Assembly: GCA_035645715.1 (NCBI GenBank)
Contig: DASQMB010000056.1
Location: 18,551 to 82,550, forward strand
Length of the DNA: 64,000 nucleotides
DNA from: Pyrinomonadaceae bacterium
Lineage (GTDB): Bacteria; Acidobacteriota; Blastocatellia; Pyrinomonadales; Pyrinomonadaceae
Reading direction: 5' to 3'
Numbering within the stretch: the stretch's first letter is position 1; every line of letters starts with the position of its first letter. The translations under genes and the position numbers were made by a program. Of the stretch, positions 9,053-18,565 are shown piece after piece. A model generated the notes under the pieces. That model made no database searches, was not told where the DNA came from, and was given only the letters and a program-made list of their open reading frames with translations.

Positions 9053-10780
9053 TCAGCCCTTGCCCTTGCCCCTGCGCTCACGGTAGCGCCTGAGCATCTG
9101 CGGCGAGAGCAGGAGCGTTTGCAGCAGCGACCCCGTGGCGAAGCGCCGCGCGAGCGAGCGGAAGAGTGCCGCGCCCTCGGGCGTGTAGCTGAACCACCAC
9201 ACGTCCTGGAGGCGCGCGAGGCGGTTGACGTGGACGTGGTGCGGGGCGACGAGTTCGAGCAGTCCGAGCCGGCCGTGGGTGCGGCCGAGGCCGCTCTGCT
9301 TGACGCCGCCCCACGGCGTCTGCGCGATGCCGTGTGTGTAGAGCACCTCGTTGACCATGACGGTGCCGGCCTCGATGCGCTCGGCGAGGCGGCGGCCGCG
9401 GTCGAGGTTGCGCGTCCAGACGCTCGCCGTCAGGCCGAAGTGGCTGTCGTTGGCGAGGCGGACGGCCTCGTCCTCCGATGCGAAGGTCATCACGGGCAGG
9501 ACCGGCCCGAATGTCTCCTCGCGCATGACGGCCATCGAGTGGTCCACGCCGACGAGCACAGTCGGCGCGTGGAACCAGCCGCCGGTGGCGCCCGTCTCAC
9601 GGCCCGTGGACTGGGGATCGTCGCCGTCGCCGCGGCGTTCTGGCTTGGGGCGCGAGCCGCCCGAAAGGATGCGCGCGCCGCGCTCGACGGCCTCGCGGAT
9701 GTGGCGCTCGACCGTCATGAGTTGGCGCTCGCTCGACATCGCGCCGAGGTCGGCCGTGCCAGCCTCGGCCCCTTCGGCCGCTGCCTGGCGCAGCGCCCCG
9801 ACCTTCGAGACGACGCGGGCCAGGAACTCTTCGGCCACACGCTCGTGGACGTAGCAACGCTCGACCGAGGCGCATGCCTGCCCCGAGTTGGCGAACGCGC
9901 CCCAGACGGCCGCGCTCGAAGCCGCGTCGAGGTCCGCGTCTTCGAGGACGATCATCGGGTCTTTGCCGCCGAGTTCGAGCACGACTGGCGTCAGCCGCCG
10001 CGCCGCGGCCTCGGCCACGCGCCGCCCCGTCTCGACGCTGCCGGTGAACATGATCTTGTCGGCGCCGGCCTCGACGAGCGCCGCGCCGGTCGTGCCGTCG
10101 CCCGTCACCACTTCGAGCACGCCCTCGGGCAAACCGGCGCGGGCGAACACCTCGGCGATCTTCATGCCCACGAGCGGCGTCAGCTCGCTCGGCTTGAGAA
10201 CGACGGAGTTGCCGGCCATCAGCGCCATCACGACCTCGCCGAGCGGGATGGCCCACGGGAAGTTCCACGGCGAGATGATGCCGACCACGCCGAGCGGGCG
10301 GTAATGGATCGTCGAGCTGCGGCCCATGAAGCGATAGAGGCCGATGTCTATCCGCTCGGGCCTGAGCATCCGCTCGCTGCGGCGCGCGAAGAACTGCATC
10401 AGGTCGAGCGTCGGCACGACCTCCATCGCCAGCGCCTCGGCCTCGGGCTTGCCCGACTCGCGCGAGACGAGCCGCGCCACCTCGTCCATCTCTTCGAGCA
10501 AGAGGCGCCGGGCGCGCAGCACGACCGCGCCCCTTTCACGGAAACCTAACGCCGCCCAACCCTTCTGCGCCGCCCGCGCGCGCGCGACCGCGGCCACGAC
10601 CTCTTCGGCCGTGCGTGCGGGCACGCGCCCGACCTCCTCGCCGGTCGCCGGGTCGTACGAGACTATCTCACGCTCCGCCACGGCCCGAGTGCCCGCCCGT
10701 GTGCCGGCCTGCGCGTCCGCCTGTGTGCCGGCCTGCGTCGTGCCGGCTGTTTGCGGCGCGTCGGTGATCTGTATTGACAT
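9053..10780 (-). CDS. NAD(P)+-dependent aldehyde dehydrogenase family protein
   Basis: It has the ALDH motifs VVLELGGKDP and the catalytic Cys context SGQACASVERCYV. I place the start at MSIQITD (10780). The 764-aa track ORF adds an Arg-rich, non-coding-looking N-terminal extension that would overlap pepP. Confidence 0.9.
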   Translation of the reverse strand: MSIQITDAPQTAGTTQAGTQADAQAGTRAGTRAVAEREIVSYDPATGEEVGRVPARTAEEVVAAVARARAAQKGWAALGFRERGAVVLRARRLLLEEMDEVARLVSRESGKPEAEALAMEVVPTLDLMQFFARRSERMLRPERIDIGLYRFMGRSSTIHYRPLGVVGIISPWNFPWAIPLGEVVMALMAGNSVVLKPSELTPLVGMKIAEVFARAGLPEGVLEVVTGDGTTGAALVEAGADKIMFTGSVETGRRVAEAAARRLTPVVLELGGKDPMIVLEDADLDAASSAAVWGAFANSGQACASVERCYVHERVAEEFLARVVSKVGALRQAAAEGAEAGTADLGAMSSERQLMTVERHIREAVERGARILSGGSRPKPERRGDGDDPQSTGRETGATGGWFHAPTVLVGVDHSMAVMREETFGPVLPVMTFASEDEAVRLANDSHFGLTASVWTRNLDRGRRLAERIEAGTVMVNEVLYTHGIAQTPWGGVKQSGLGRTHGRLGLLELVAPHHVHVNRLARLQDVWWFSYTPEGAALFRSLARRFATGSLLQTLLLSPQMLRRYRERRGKGKG

Positions 10781-10966
10781 AGGTTTTCGGCCCTCGCGTG
10801 CGCGGCGATTATCGCTCGAAACGGGGCGGGCGAGAAGCCGGCGCGTCGGTCGCCGTGCGCGGCCGTGCGGGCGCGGTCGGGCGGGCACGTTTCCCGCGGC
10901 CCGCGCCGGTCGGTTAGAATCGCCCCGGTCGAAAATCATCCGAGACGCCGGGAGACTTTGACAGCT

Positions 10967-12262
10967 ATGCGCAGACCGCAGCTCACCGAGTTCATGCGCC
11001 GCATGGAGCCGAACTCGGTCGCCGTCCTGCCTTCGGCGCGCGAGGTGACGCGCTCGCACGACACCGAATACCGCTTCCGCCAGGACACGGACTTTTACTA
11101 CGTGACCGGCTTCCACGAGCCCGACTCCATCGCAGTCGTCGCGCCCGGCCGGGAAGAGGTTTATACGCTCTTCGTCCGCCCGCGCGACCCCGAGAAGGAG
11201 ACATGGACGGGGCGGCGTGCCGGCGTAGAGGGCGCGAAGGAACGCTTCGGCGCCGACGCCTCCTTCCCCGTCGAGGAGTTCGAGTCGAAGCTCGCGGACC
11301 TCCTGGCGGGCGCGCGTAACCTCTACTACCGGCTCGGGGGCGGCCACCCTGACCTAGACCAGACCGTCATCCGCCAGCTCTCGCGGATGCGGATGATGGG
11401 GCGCAAAGGGGTCCAGCCGCCGCAGGCGATAATTGACCCCGGCTCGCTGCTCCACGAGATGCGGCTGTTTAAGATGGACGAGGAGATCGCCCTCATGCGC
11501 CGCTCGGCCGAGATCGCGGCCGAGGGGCACCGCGAGGCGATGCGGGCCGCGCGCCCGGGTATGAACGAGTACGAGATCGAGGCCCTCATCGAGTACGTCT
11601 TCCGCCGCGCGGGTGCCGCCGCGCCAGCCTACAACTCCATCGTCGGTGCCGGCGCCAACGCCACCATCCTCCACTACGTGGACAACAACGCCGAGTTGAG
11701 AGACGGCGACCTGCTCCTGATCGACGCCGGCGCAGAGTTTCAGGGCTACGCCTCCGACATCACGCGCACCTTCCCCGTCAGCGGCAGGTTCACGCCGCCG
11801 CAGCGCGCCGTCTACGAGGTCGTGCTCGACTGCCAGCAGCGGTGCATCGAGATGGTCGCGCCCGGCGTGACGTTGGAGGAGATGCACCAGCGCTCGGTCG
11901 AGCTGCTGACCGAGGGCATGGTCCGCCTCGGCCTGCTCGAGGGGGAAGTGAAGAAGTTGATCGAGGATGAAGAGTATAAGAAGTTCTACATGCACCGCCT
12001 CGGCCACTACCTCGGCATGGACGTGCACGACGCCGGCCTCTACCACCTCGACGGGCAGCCGCGCGCCGTCGAGGCCGGCATGGTGATGACGGTCGAGCCC
12101 GGCATCTACGTCGCCGAGGACGCCGAGGGCGTGCCCGCAGAGTTCCGCGGCATCGGCATCCGCATCGAAGACGACGTGCTCGTCACCCCCGAAGGTTACG
12201 AGGTCCTGACCTCGGCCGCGCCTAAACAGGTCGAAGAGATCGAGGCGCTGATGGCGCGCTAG
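10967..12262 (+). CDS. pepP: Xaa-Pro aminopeptidase (M24B)
   Basis: Metal-ligand contexts are DLLLIDAGAEFQGYASDITRT, HRLGHYLGMDVHD, VMTVEPGIY and GIRIEDDVLVT. The start is taken at the ATG 10967 (MRRPQLTEF). Confidence 0.9.
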   Translation: MRRPQLTEFMRRMEPNSVAVLPSAREVTRSHDTEYRFRQDTDFYYVTGFHEPDSIAVVAPGREEVYTLFVRPRDPEKETWTGRRAGVEGAKERFGADASFPVEEFESKLADLLAGARNLYYRLGGGHPDLDQTVIRQLSRMRMMGRKGVQPPQAIIDPGSLLHEMRLFKMDEEIALMRRSAEIAAEGHREAMRAARPGMNEYEIEALIEYVFRRAGAAAPAYNSIVGAGANATILHYVDNNAELRDGDLLLIDAGAEFQGYASDITRTFPVSGRFTPPQRAVYEVVLDCQQRCIEMVAPGVTLEEMHQRSVELLTEGMVRLGLLEGEVKKLIEDEEYKKFYMHRLGHYLGMDVHDAGLYHLDGQPRAVEAGMVMTVEPGIYVAEDAEGVPAEFRGIGIRIEDDVLVTPEGYEVLTSAAPKQVEEIEALMAR

Positions 12263-12341
12263 GCCGCGGCTCGCGGCCTTCACTCAGGCCGCGGGCAGCG
12301 CCCTTCACTCAAGCCGCGGGCAGCGGCGTTTGCTTAAGACG

Positions 12342-12381
12342 AAAAGGCGGCGCGGAGACTTTCCACTCCGCGCCGCCTTTT
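12342..12381. terminator. Bidirectional intrinsic terminator between convergent pepP and the DHH gene
   Basis: A perfect 16-bp stem (aaaaggcggcgcggag / ctccgcgccgcctttt), with A/T runs on both sides. Confidence 0.75.
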
Positions 12382-12445
12382 CGTTCGCGGCCGCCCCGGA
12401 CCCGCGCCGGCCGCCGACCGCCGCACTCTCATCAACCCACGCCCT

Positions 12446-13411
12446 TCACTCCTCGAAGCCCTGCCGCAGCTCGGCGACGATCTCGCGGGCGACCTCGCGC
12501 GCGCGCGCGACCTCGTCGGGCCTGAAGGAGACGGCGCCGACAACGGCGTGGCCGCCGCCGCCGTAACGCTCGCAGATGGTGGCGATGTTGTGGCGTCGAG
12601 GGCGCGGGCTGAAAGGGTTCGAGCCGACCGAAATCTTGGTCCGCGCCGCGCCGCGCGTCAGAGCGACAGAGTAGGTCGTCTCCGGCCGGACGTAGTAGGG
12701 GATGAACTTGTTGAAGCCGGCCAGCCCCTCGTCCACGAGGTCGAAGGTGATGACGCCGCGCTCGTAAGTCGCCTTGCGCCTGACGACTTCGAGCGTCTCG
12801 CGGTGGCGGGCGAGCAGCGGCGCGAAACGCTCCCGCACCTCGGGGCTCGTCGCCACCTCTTCGAGCGGGCGCTCGGCCAGCGCGCGGATCAGCCCCTCTA
12901 TGAAATCGTCGTCGGGCACGTTCTCGATGACCTGCATCAGTTGCAGGGTCGGCTCGCGCAGTTCGACCGGCTGCGCCGCCGAAGTGTAGAGGGCGCCGTC
13001 AATCGTGTGCGCCCACGAGACGAGCGAGTCGAGCGACGGGTCTTCGAACCCGAAACGGTCGCGCGCCACGGCCGCGATGAACTCCGTGCAGGACTTGCTC
13101 TCGGGGTCCCAGAACTTGCGGCCCGACGCGTCGGCGCGGAAGTGTGCCTCGTCCTCGGGCGTGAGGAAGGCCGACTGGTGGTGGTCGAACCACCAGGTAA
13201 GACGCTCGTGGGGGCTGTACTTGAAATCGACGATGGCGTTCTCGTCGCCGTCGAACATCCCCTCGTCGAAGAGTTCGCCCGCGCGGTGGAGCAGTCCCGC
13301 GTAGCCGACCTCGGCCGCGGGGTTGACGCGCGCCAGGTAGAAGCGCGTGAAGACTGCGGCCGAGGCGACCCCGTCGAAGCAGTGCCCGTGGTAGAGCAGA
13401 CGTAAATTCAT
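12446..13411 (-). CDS. DHH/DHHA1-family phosphoesterase
   Basis: It has HGHCFDG near the N-terminus, FDHH, and the C-terminal GGGGH (DHHA1) motif. The start is taken at MNLRLLYHGH (13411). Confidence 0.8.
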   Translation of the reverse strand: MNLRLLYHGHCFDGVASAAVFTRFYLARVNPAAEVGYAGLLHRAGELFDEGMFDGDENAIVDFKYSPHERLTWWFDHHQSAFLTPEDEAHFRADASGRKFWDPESKSCTEFIAAVARDRFGFEDPSLDSLVSWAHTIDGALYTSAAQPVELREPTLQLMQVIENVPDDDFIEGLIRALAERPLEEVATSPEVRERFAPLLARHRETLEVVRRKATYERGVITFDLVDEGLAGFNKFIPYYVRPETTYSVALTRGAARTKISVGSNPFSPRPRRHNIATICERYGGGGHAVVGAVSFRPDEVARAREVAREIVAELRQGFEE

Positions 13412-13470
13412 TCCCGTGTCAGTAGGACGAAAAAAGGCGAGTTCGGCAAAGCCCGACATGATAGCAAGCG

Positions 13471-13577
13471 AAGGGGAAAAGGGGAAAAGGGAAAGAAGAC
13501 GGCGGAAGAGCGGTCAACTCTTCCCGCGCTTCCATCCCCTTCTCGCCTTTTCCCCTTCTCCTCTTTCCCCTCTTTTA
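13471..13577. repeat. Polypurine / polypyrimidine imperfect inverted repeat in the spacer between two minus-strand genes
   Basis: The purine arm is aaggggaaaaggggaaaagggaaagaagacggcggaagag. The pyrimidine arm is ctcttcccgcgcttccatccccttctcgccttttccccttctcctctttcccctctttt. A related copy lies at 54121..54290. Confidence 0.55.
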
Positions 13578-13594
13578 TCCGGCGGCGCGCCGTG

Positions 13595-14239
13595 TTACGG
13601 CCCGGGCTTCTCCTCGCAGGGCTCGACGGCGCTCTGCTCGGTCAGCCCGAGCTTCTCGCGGATGAAGCGCTCCACGTCCTGCTCGACCAGTTCGCCGCCC
13701 ACGACCCAGGTCTTCTCGGTCAGCACCTCGCCGGTCGGGTTCAGCCGCGCCGGTTCGAGGAAGACGTTGAAGGGCGAGCCCCAGCGGCGCGTGTCGTTGC
13801 ACGCCTGCCGCAGCGCGTAGTGCGTCGTCTGGTCACGCGCCGAGGGCGCCTCCGACTCGACGACCACCGTGTAGGGCGCGCCGCCCGCCCCCTCGAAGTA
13901 CTTGCGCGTGTCGTCGGCCGATGCGTACTCGCTGACGGCGATCACGTCGAAGCCGTACTTGCGGTACTTCTCGTAGAACTTGCCGACCACCGGCGCCTGC
14001 GCCTTCCAGTTGCCGCACCACGGCGCGAAGTAGACCACAGCCACCAGCTTCTTGCCCTTCGCCCACTCGCGCAGGTTCACGGGCGAGCCGCCCTCCAGGC
14101 TCTTGAAGGTCCAGTCTTTGTAAGCGACCTTCTGCTCGACCAGCGGCGCGTACTCGTGGCCGCCCTGCGCCCGCGCCGCCCCCGCGGCGCACACCGCGAG
14201 CGCGACCGCCAGTGCCGCGCGTGTCAGATGCCTGAGCAT
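13595..14239 (-). CDS. Secreted thioredoxin-fold (TlpA/redoxin-like) protein with a single-Cys CGNW motif
   Basis: It has a signal peptide (ALAVALAVCAAGAARAQ). The active-site position reads VYFAPWCGNWKAQ, that is CxxW where CxxC is expected. Confidence 0.8.
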   Translation of the reverse strand: MLRHLTRAALAVALAVCAAGAARAQGGHEYAPLVEQKVAYKDWTFKSLEGGSPVNLREWAKGKKLVAVVYFAPWCGNWKAQAPVVGKFYEKYRKYGFDVIAVSEYASADDTRKYFEGAGGAPYTVVVESEAPSARDQTTHYALRQACNDTRRWGSPFNVFLEPARLNPTGEVLTEKTWVVGGELVEQDVERFIREKLGLTEQSAVEPCEEKPGP

Positions 14240-14294
14240 AACTTTTACCTCTTACCGGCGCGGTGGCCGGCGGTCCTTCGGGCGAAGGGTCTTT

Positions 14295-15560
14295 TCAGCG
14301 GGGCGTTCCCGCGTCGGCCGTCATCGGGGGCTCGTCGAGCAGGGGCTTGACGAGGGCCTCGAAGCCGGCGCGGTCGCGGGGGCCGAGGATTTTTTCGCGG
14401 ACGCGGCCCTGGCGGTCGAGTACATAGGTGACGGGCAGGCCCGGCCCGTTGTTGAAGCGGTCGGGCGTGTCCTCCGGTCCGAAGAGGACCGTGTAGCTTT
14501 GCGGCACGTCCTTCTGGAAGCCGCGGACCTGCTCGGGCGTGTCGTGCGAGGTGACGCCGACGACCGTGAAGCCGCGGTCGCCGTGCTCGCGGACCAGCTC
14601 GTTAAATTCGGGTATCTCGCCGCGGCAGGGGCCGCACCACGTCGCCCAGAAGTTGAGTAGTACGACCTGCCCGCGCAGCTCCGAGAGGCGGAAGGGCCGG
14701 CCGTCGATGGTCTTGAACTCGGCGTCGGGCAGCGGCGGGAACTTCGCGGCCGCCTCTTCGCCCGCCAGCGCGCTCGCCGCGACGGGCGCGGCCGGCGCCT
14801 TCCCCTTCAGCCAGCGTTCGATGGCGGCCTCGGCGCTCGGCAGCGTGGCGGCGAAGCCGGCGAGGCGCGTCACCGTGCCGGTGGCGATCATCAGGCCGAT
14901 GATGATGAGCATCGCGCCCGAGAAGACCTCGACCTTGTGCAGGTGGCGGCGGAAGCGCGAGTAGAAGCCGAGGAACTTGTTGATGCCGAGGCCCGTCAGC
15001 AGGAAAGGCACGGCGAGCCCGGCCGCGTAGAAGGCCGACAGCACCAGCCCGCCCTGCCAGCCGCCGCTCGTGGCCGCCAGGCCGATGATGCCGCCGAGGA
15101 TGGGGCCGATGCAGGGGGTCCAGCCGGCGGCGAAGGCTATGCCGAGCAGTAGCGAGCCCAAGGGGCCGCGCGGCTTCTCGTCGGAGAACTTGCGCGTGTC
15201 CTTGTAGAGCGCCCCGACCTTGAGCACGCCCATCAACTGCAACCCGAAGCCGATGATGATGAGGCCGGCGACGAGGCTCACCCAGCGGTTAGTGAAGAGC
15301 GCCGAGCCGATGAGACCGGCGGCCGCGCCCAGCGCGAGGAAGATGAGCGAGAGGCCGGCGTTGAAGGCCAGCGAGTTGAGGATGACGGCGCGGCGCGCGT
15401 TTCGCCGGCCCTCGCCGCCCTCGCCCTTCAAGTGCTCGACGCTCACGCCCGAGATCAGAGAGATGTAGCCGGGCACGAGCGGCAGCACGCACGGCGAGAG
15501 AAACGACGCGAGGCCGCCGACGAAAGCGATTAAAGCGGTGTAGATGTTTGCGCCTTCCAT
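14295..15560 (-). CDS. CcdA/DsbD-type transmembrane thiol-disulfide transporter fused to a C-terminal TlpA/ResA-like thioredoxin domain
   Basis: The N-terminal polytopic domain carries LSPCVLPLVPGY and GWTPCIGPILG. The C-terminal domain carries [17 protein letters not shown]. Confidence 0.9.
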   Translation of the reverse strand: MEGANIYTALIAFVGGLASFLSPCVLPLVPGYISLISGVSVEHLKGEGGEGRRNARRAVILNSLAFNAGLSLIFLALGAAAGLIGSALFTNRWVSLVAGLIIIGFGLQLMGVLKVGALYKDTRKFSDEKPRGPLGSLLLGIAFAAGWTPCIGPILGGIIGLAATSGGWQGGLVLSAFYAAGLAVPFLLTGLGINKFLGFYSRFRRHLHKVEVFSGAMLIIIGLMIATGTVTRLAGFAATLPSAEAAIERWLKGKAPAAPVAASALAGEEAAAKFPPLPDAEFKTIDGRPFRLSELRGQVVLLNFWATWCGPCRGEIPEFNELVREHGDRGFTVVGVTSHDTPEQVRGFQKDVPQSYTVLFGPEDTPDRFNNGPGLPVTYVLDRQGRVREKILGPRDRAGFEALVKPLLDEPPMTADAGTPR

Positions 15561-15678
15561 GACGAACGAGAGCTTACAACAAACCTTCGGGAATTTCCGC
15601 CCGCGACGCGCCCCGGCGCCGTAAAGAAACGGTAAAAATATTGACGACCCGTGCGCCGTGGACGGCCGCCGTAGGGCG

Positions 15679-17154
15679 CTACTCCTGAATCAGCTTCTCG
15701 ATCATGGCGGTGAGGGCGCGGGCCTCCTCCTCACTGGCGCTGACGGTGATGAAGCGGACGCGCCCCTTGCGGTCGATCAGGACTGCGGTCGGGATGGCGA
15801 CGACGCCGTAGGCTTCGCCGTTCTCCTCGTGCGAGGCGATGCCGACGCCGTAGGCCATCGAGTAGCGCCGCTTGAACTGCCGCACGTACTCGATCTCGGC
15901 GGCCGGCGCGACCTTCCGCCCCTCGATGTGGCCGTAGAGCTCCGTCAGGCCGAGGATGACCAGGCCGCGGTCCTTGTACTTCTTGTGCAGCGCGTTGAGC
16001 TTCGGGATGGTAGCGCGGCAGGGGCCGCACCACGTCGCCCAGAAGTCGAGCAGCACGACCTGCCCGCGCAGGTCCGACACCTTCACCGGAGACTGGTCGA
16101 GCCACTCGTCGATTTTGATCTCGGGCGGCTCGCCCGCGCCGCCCCACTCGACGGCGGGCGGCGCGTCGAGCCCCTCGCGGTTGTCGAGCAGCATCATGGT
16201 GGCGTTGCGGTAGAGGCGCGCCGACGGGAAGGCGATGGAGAGGCCGCGCATCTCCTGGATGACTTTGAGCGCGTCGGCGCGGCGGCCGGCCTTGAGCAGC
16301 GTGTTCGAGAGGAAGGCGCCCGCGCCGAAGACGGCCGCGTCGCGCTGGCGCGGTTCGAGGCCGGGGCCGCGCGACAGTTCGAGTGCAGCCGCGTAGGCGT
16401 CGCGCGCATGCTCGGCGGCCCGCGCGTGGTTCTGCTTCTTCGCCTGGAGCGAGGCGAGGATGACGGCCATCCGGTTCACCTCGGCAGAGTTGCGCGGCGT
16501 GCTCGCCCTGTAATCGGCGAAGTACTTCTCGGCCTCCTCGGCCAGCTCGGCCTGAGCTGCCTGCTGCACGGCGGCAACGCGGGCCTTCTGCCGCAGCTCG
16601 TCGGGCGCGCCTGCGGGCTCCTCGGAGAGGAAGCGGCGCAGGGAAGAGAGCGCCATGTCGCCCTTGCCTGCGAGCGCGTAGAGCTGGCCGAGGTGATAAA
16701 AGTCGGCGCCGGCCAGCGGCTCGCGCGCGGCGAGCGCCGTCGCGTAACGGAGCGCGAGGTCGCGCTGCTCCTGCACGGTCTTCTGTTCGAGCTGACGGTT
16801 GTAGGGAAGCTTGTTCTTCTCGAACTCGTCGAACTTGCGCCGCGCGTAGCTCGCCGCCTCCTCGTGGAGCGCCTGCGCCGACTTGCCTTCGGCCCCGGCG
16901 CCGGCGGCCTGGGCGCCCGCCGGCGTAGCATCGCCCGCCTTCGGCGCGGCGGAATCAGGCCCGACCGTGCCCGACTTAGGCGGCGGCGTTTGCGCGGGCG
17001 ACTGTGCGGGCGACTGTGGGGGCGACTGCGCCGGTGACTGTGAGGGAGGCTGCGACGGCGCGGTTGACTGGGCGCGCGCGCGGCTCGGAGTCGGGAAGGC
17101 CGGCGCAGCGACGCACGCCGCGAGCACGAGGGCGAATGGCAAAGCTCTCTTCAT
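15679..17154 (-). CDS. Secreted TPR-like protein with C-terminal TlpA-like thioredoxin domain
   Basis: It has a signal peptide, an (S/A)P(A/P)Q low-complexity repeat and a helical repeat region. The thioredoxin motif is [19 protein letters not shown]. Confidence 0.85.
   Translation of the reverse strand: MKRALPFALVLAACVAAPAFPTPSRARAQSTAPSQPPSQSPAQSPPQSPAQSPAQTPPPKSGTVGPDSAAPKAGDATPAGAQAAGAGAEGKSAQALHEEAASYARRKFDEFEKNKLPYNRQLEQKTVQEQRDLALRYATALAAREPLAGADFYHLGQLYALAGKGDMALSSLRRFLSEEPAGAPDELRQKARVAAVQQAAQAELAEEAEKYFADYRASTPRNSAEVNRMAVILASLQAKKQNHARAAEHARDAYAAALELSRGPGLEPRQRDAAVFGAGAFLSNTLLKAGRRADALKVIQEMRGLSIAFPSARLYRNATMMLLDNREGLDAPPAVEWGGAGEPPEIKIDEWLDQSPVKVSDLRGQVVLLDFWATWCGPCRATIPKLNALHKKYKDRGLVILGLTELYGHIEGRKVAPAAEIEYVRQFKRRYSMAYGVGIASHEENGEAYGVVAIPTAVLIDRKGRVRFITVSASEEEARALTAMIEKLIQE
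16988..17059. repeat. Six tandem 12-nt units inside the 15679..17154 CDS
   Basis: The units are gtttgcgcgggc, gactgtgcgggc, gactgtgggggc, gactgcgccggt, gactgtgaggga and ggctgcgacggc. They encode [27 protein letters not shown] on the minus strand. Confidence 0.6.
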
Positions 17155-17172
17155 CGAACTGTTTTCCTTAAG

Positions 17173-18393
17173 TCACGGCCGGGAGGCGCCTGCGAGGGCG
17201 CGGCCGAATCGGGCCGGGGAGAAGGCCGAGAGGGTCTGCGGGGGAAGCGAACCGAGCGTGGCGAGCCCGCCCTCGGCGACGAGGGCGGCCGTCAGTTCGC
17301 CGACGGCCGGGGCCAGCAGGATGCCGTTACGGTAAAGGCCCGCGGCGTAGAAGAGGCCGCCCACGTCCTCCGACTCGCCGAGCACGGGCCACCCGTCGGC
17401 CGAGCGCGGGCGCAGGCCAGCCCAGGAGTCGCGGAGCCGCAAGGCCGCGACCCGCGGCGCCAGCTCAAGCGCGTGAGAGGTGACGGCGTTGAGACCGCCC
17501 ACCGTCACCTCACAGTCGAACCCCGCGTGCTCTGTGGTCGAGCCGGCGAGCAGCCGCCCGTCGTGCCGCGGCACGAGGTAGCCGCGCGGGCTGTAGATGA
17601 CGTGGCGGATGGGCGCCTCGACCGCAGCCTGCTCGAAGCAGAGCATCTGGCCGCGCACGGGCTCGACCTCTGGGTGTTTGAAGTTGAGCGCCTTGCCGCC
17701 GCCGGCCCCCGCGCCGCCCGCGACGAACGGCAGGCGCGAGGCCCAGGCCCCCGCGGCCAGGACGACCGCCCCCGCGCCCAGGAAGCCGCGCGAAGTCTCC
17801 ACACCCGTCGCGCGGCCCAGCTCGACGCGCACGGCCCCCGCCTCGGTCTGCGCGTGGACGCGCACGCCGAGCCGCAGGCACGAGACCGCCAGGGCGCGGG
17901 TTAACTGCCGGTTCTCGACCTGCCAGTCTTCGGGGAAGAGCAGCGCCCCGCGCACGTGCGGCGAGAGCTGTGGTTCGAGCGCGCGCGCCTTTTCGCCCGT
18001 CAACCTCTCGACAGCGAGCCCCGCGCGCGACTGCCATTCGTAGCGGCGCGCGGCCTCCTCCTCGTCGTGCCCGGTGAAGGCCGCGTAGAGCGTGCCCGTC
18101 CGGTCTAACTCCACGTCCACGCCCGACTCTTCTCGGAGCGCCGCGGCGAAGTCCGGGTACATCGCGCGCGAGGCGCAGAGCAGGTCGAACAGCTCGTCGC
18201 GCCGGTCGGCCTCGGCCTGCGGGGCGAGCATCCCGCCCGCTGCGCCCGAGGCGCCCGCGCCAACGCCGCGCCCCTCGACGACCGCCGCCGAGAGGCCCCG
18301 GAGCGCGAGACCGCGGGCAGCCGCGAGGCCGGCGACCCCGCCGCCCACCACCGCCACGTCCGCCGGCCGCATAGACTCAACGCTGCTTCGCAT
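17173..18393 (-). CDS. FAD-dependent glycine/D-amino-acid oxidase family protein (ThiO-like)
   Basis: It has the N-terminal dinucleotide-binding motif DVAVVGGGVAGLAAARGLALRG and DAO-family length. Specific assignment to ThiO is not certain. Confidence 0.8.
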   Translation of the reverse strand: MRSSVESMRPADVAVVGGGVAGLAAARGLALRGLSAAVVEGRGVGAGASGAAGGMLAPQAEADRRDELFDLLCASRAMYPDFAAALREESGVDVELDRTGTLYAAFTGHDEEEAARRYEWQSRAGLAVERLTGEKARALEPQLSPHVRGALLFPEDWQVENRQLTRALAVSCLRLGVRVHAQTEAGAVRVELGRATGVETSRGFLGAGAVVLAAGAWASRLPFVAGGAGAGGGKALNFKHPEVEPVRGQMLCFEQAAVEAPIRHVIYSPRGYLVPRHDGRLLAGSTTEHAGFDCEVTVGGLNAVTSHALELAPRVAALRLRDSWAGLRPRSADGWPVLGESEDVGGLFYAAGLYRNGILLAPAVGELTAALVAEGGLATLGSLPPQTLSAFSPARFGRALAGASRP

Positions 18394-18436
18394 TCGGGAA
18401 AACTGCTGATATGATGCAGAAAAAGTAATCAGCCGT

Positions 18437-18565
18437 CAGTTTGTAGTTTTCAGTTTTGAGTTTTTAGTTTTCGGCCGCCGCGGTGCGGCGACGCACATTT
18501 CTGTTCTCTCAAAACTAAAAACTAAGAACTAAAAACTCATAACCGACGACTGACGACTGACGACT
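18437..18565. repeat. Two inverted arrays of 7-bp tandem repeats (AT-rich) flanking a GC-rich core, plus 3x gacgact
   Basis: The left array is cagtttg tagtttt cagtttt gagtttt tagtttt. The right array is aaaact aaaaact aagaact aaaaact, followed by gacgact x3 ending 3 nt before the IDH ATG. Confidence 0.65.

Noticed and set aside
9053-11347. The 764-aa track ORF, which extends the aldehyde dehydrogenase by 189 N-terminal codons.
   Set aside because: The extension is Arg/Pro/Ala-rich with no ALDH homology. It would overlap the divergent pepP gene. The conserved protein begins at MSIQITD (10780).
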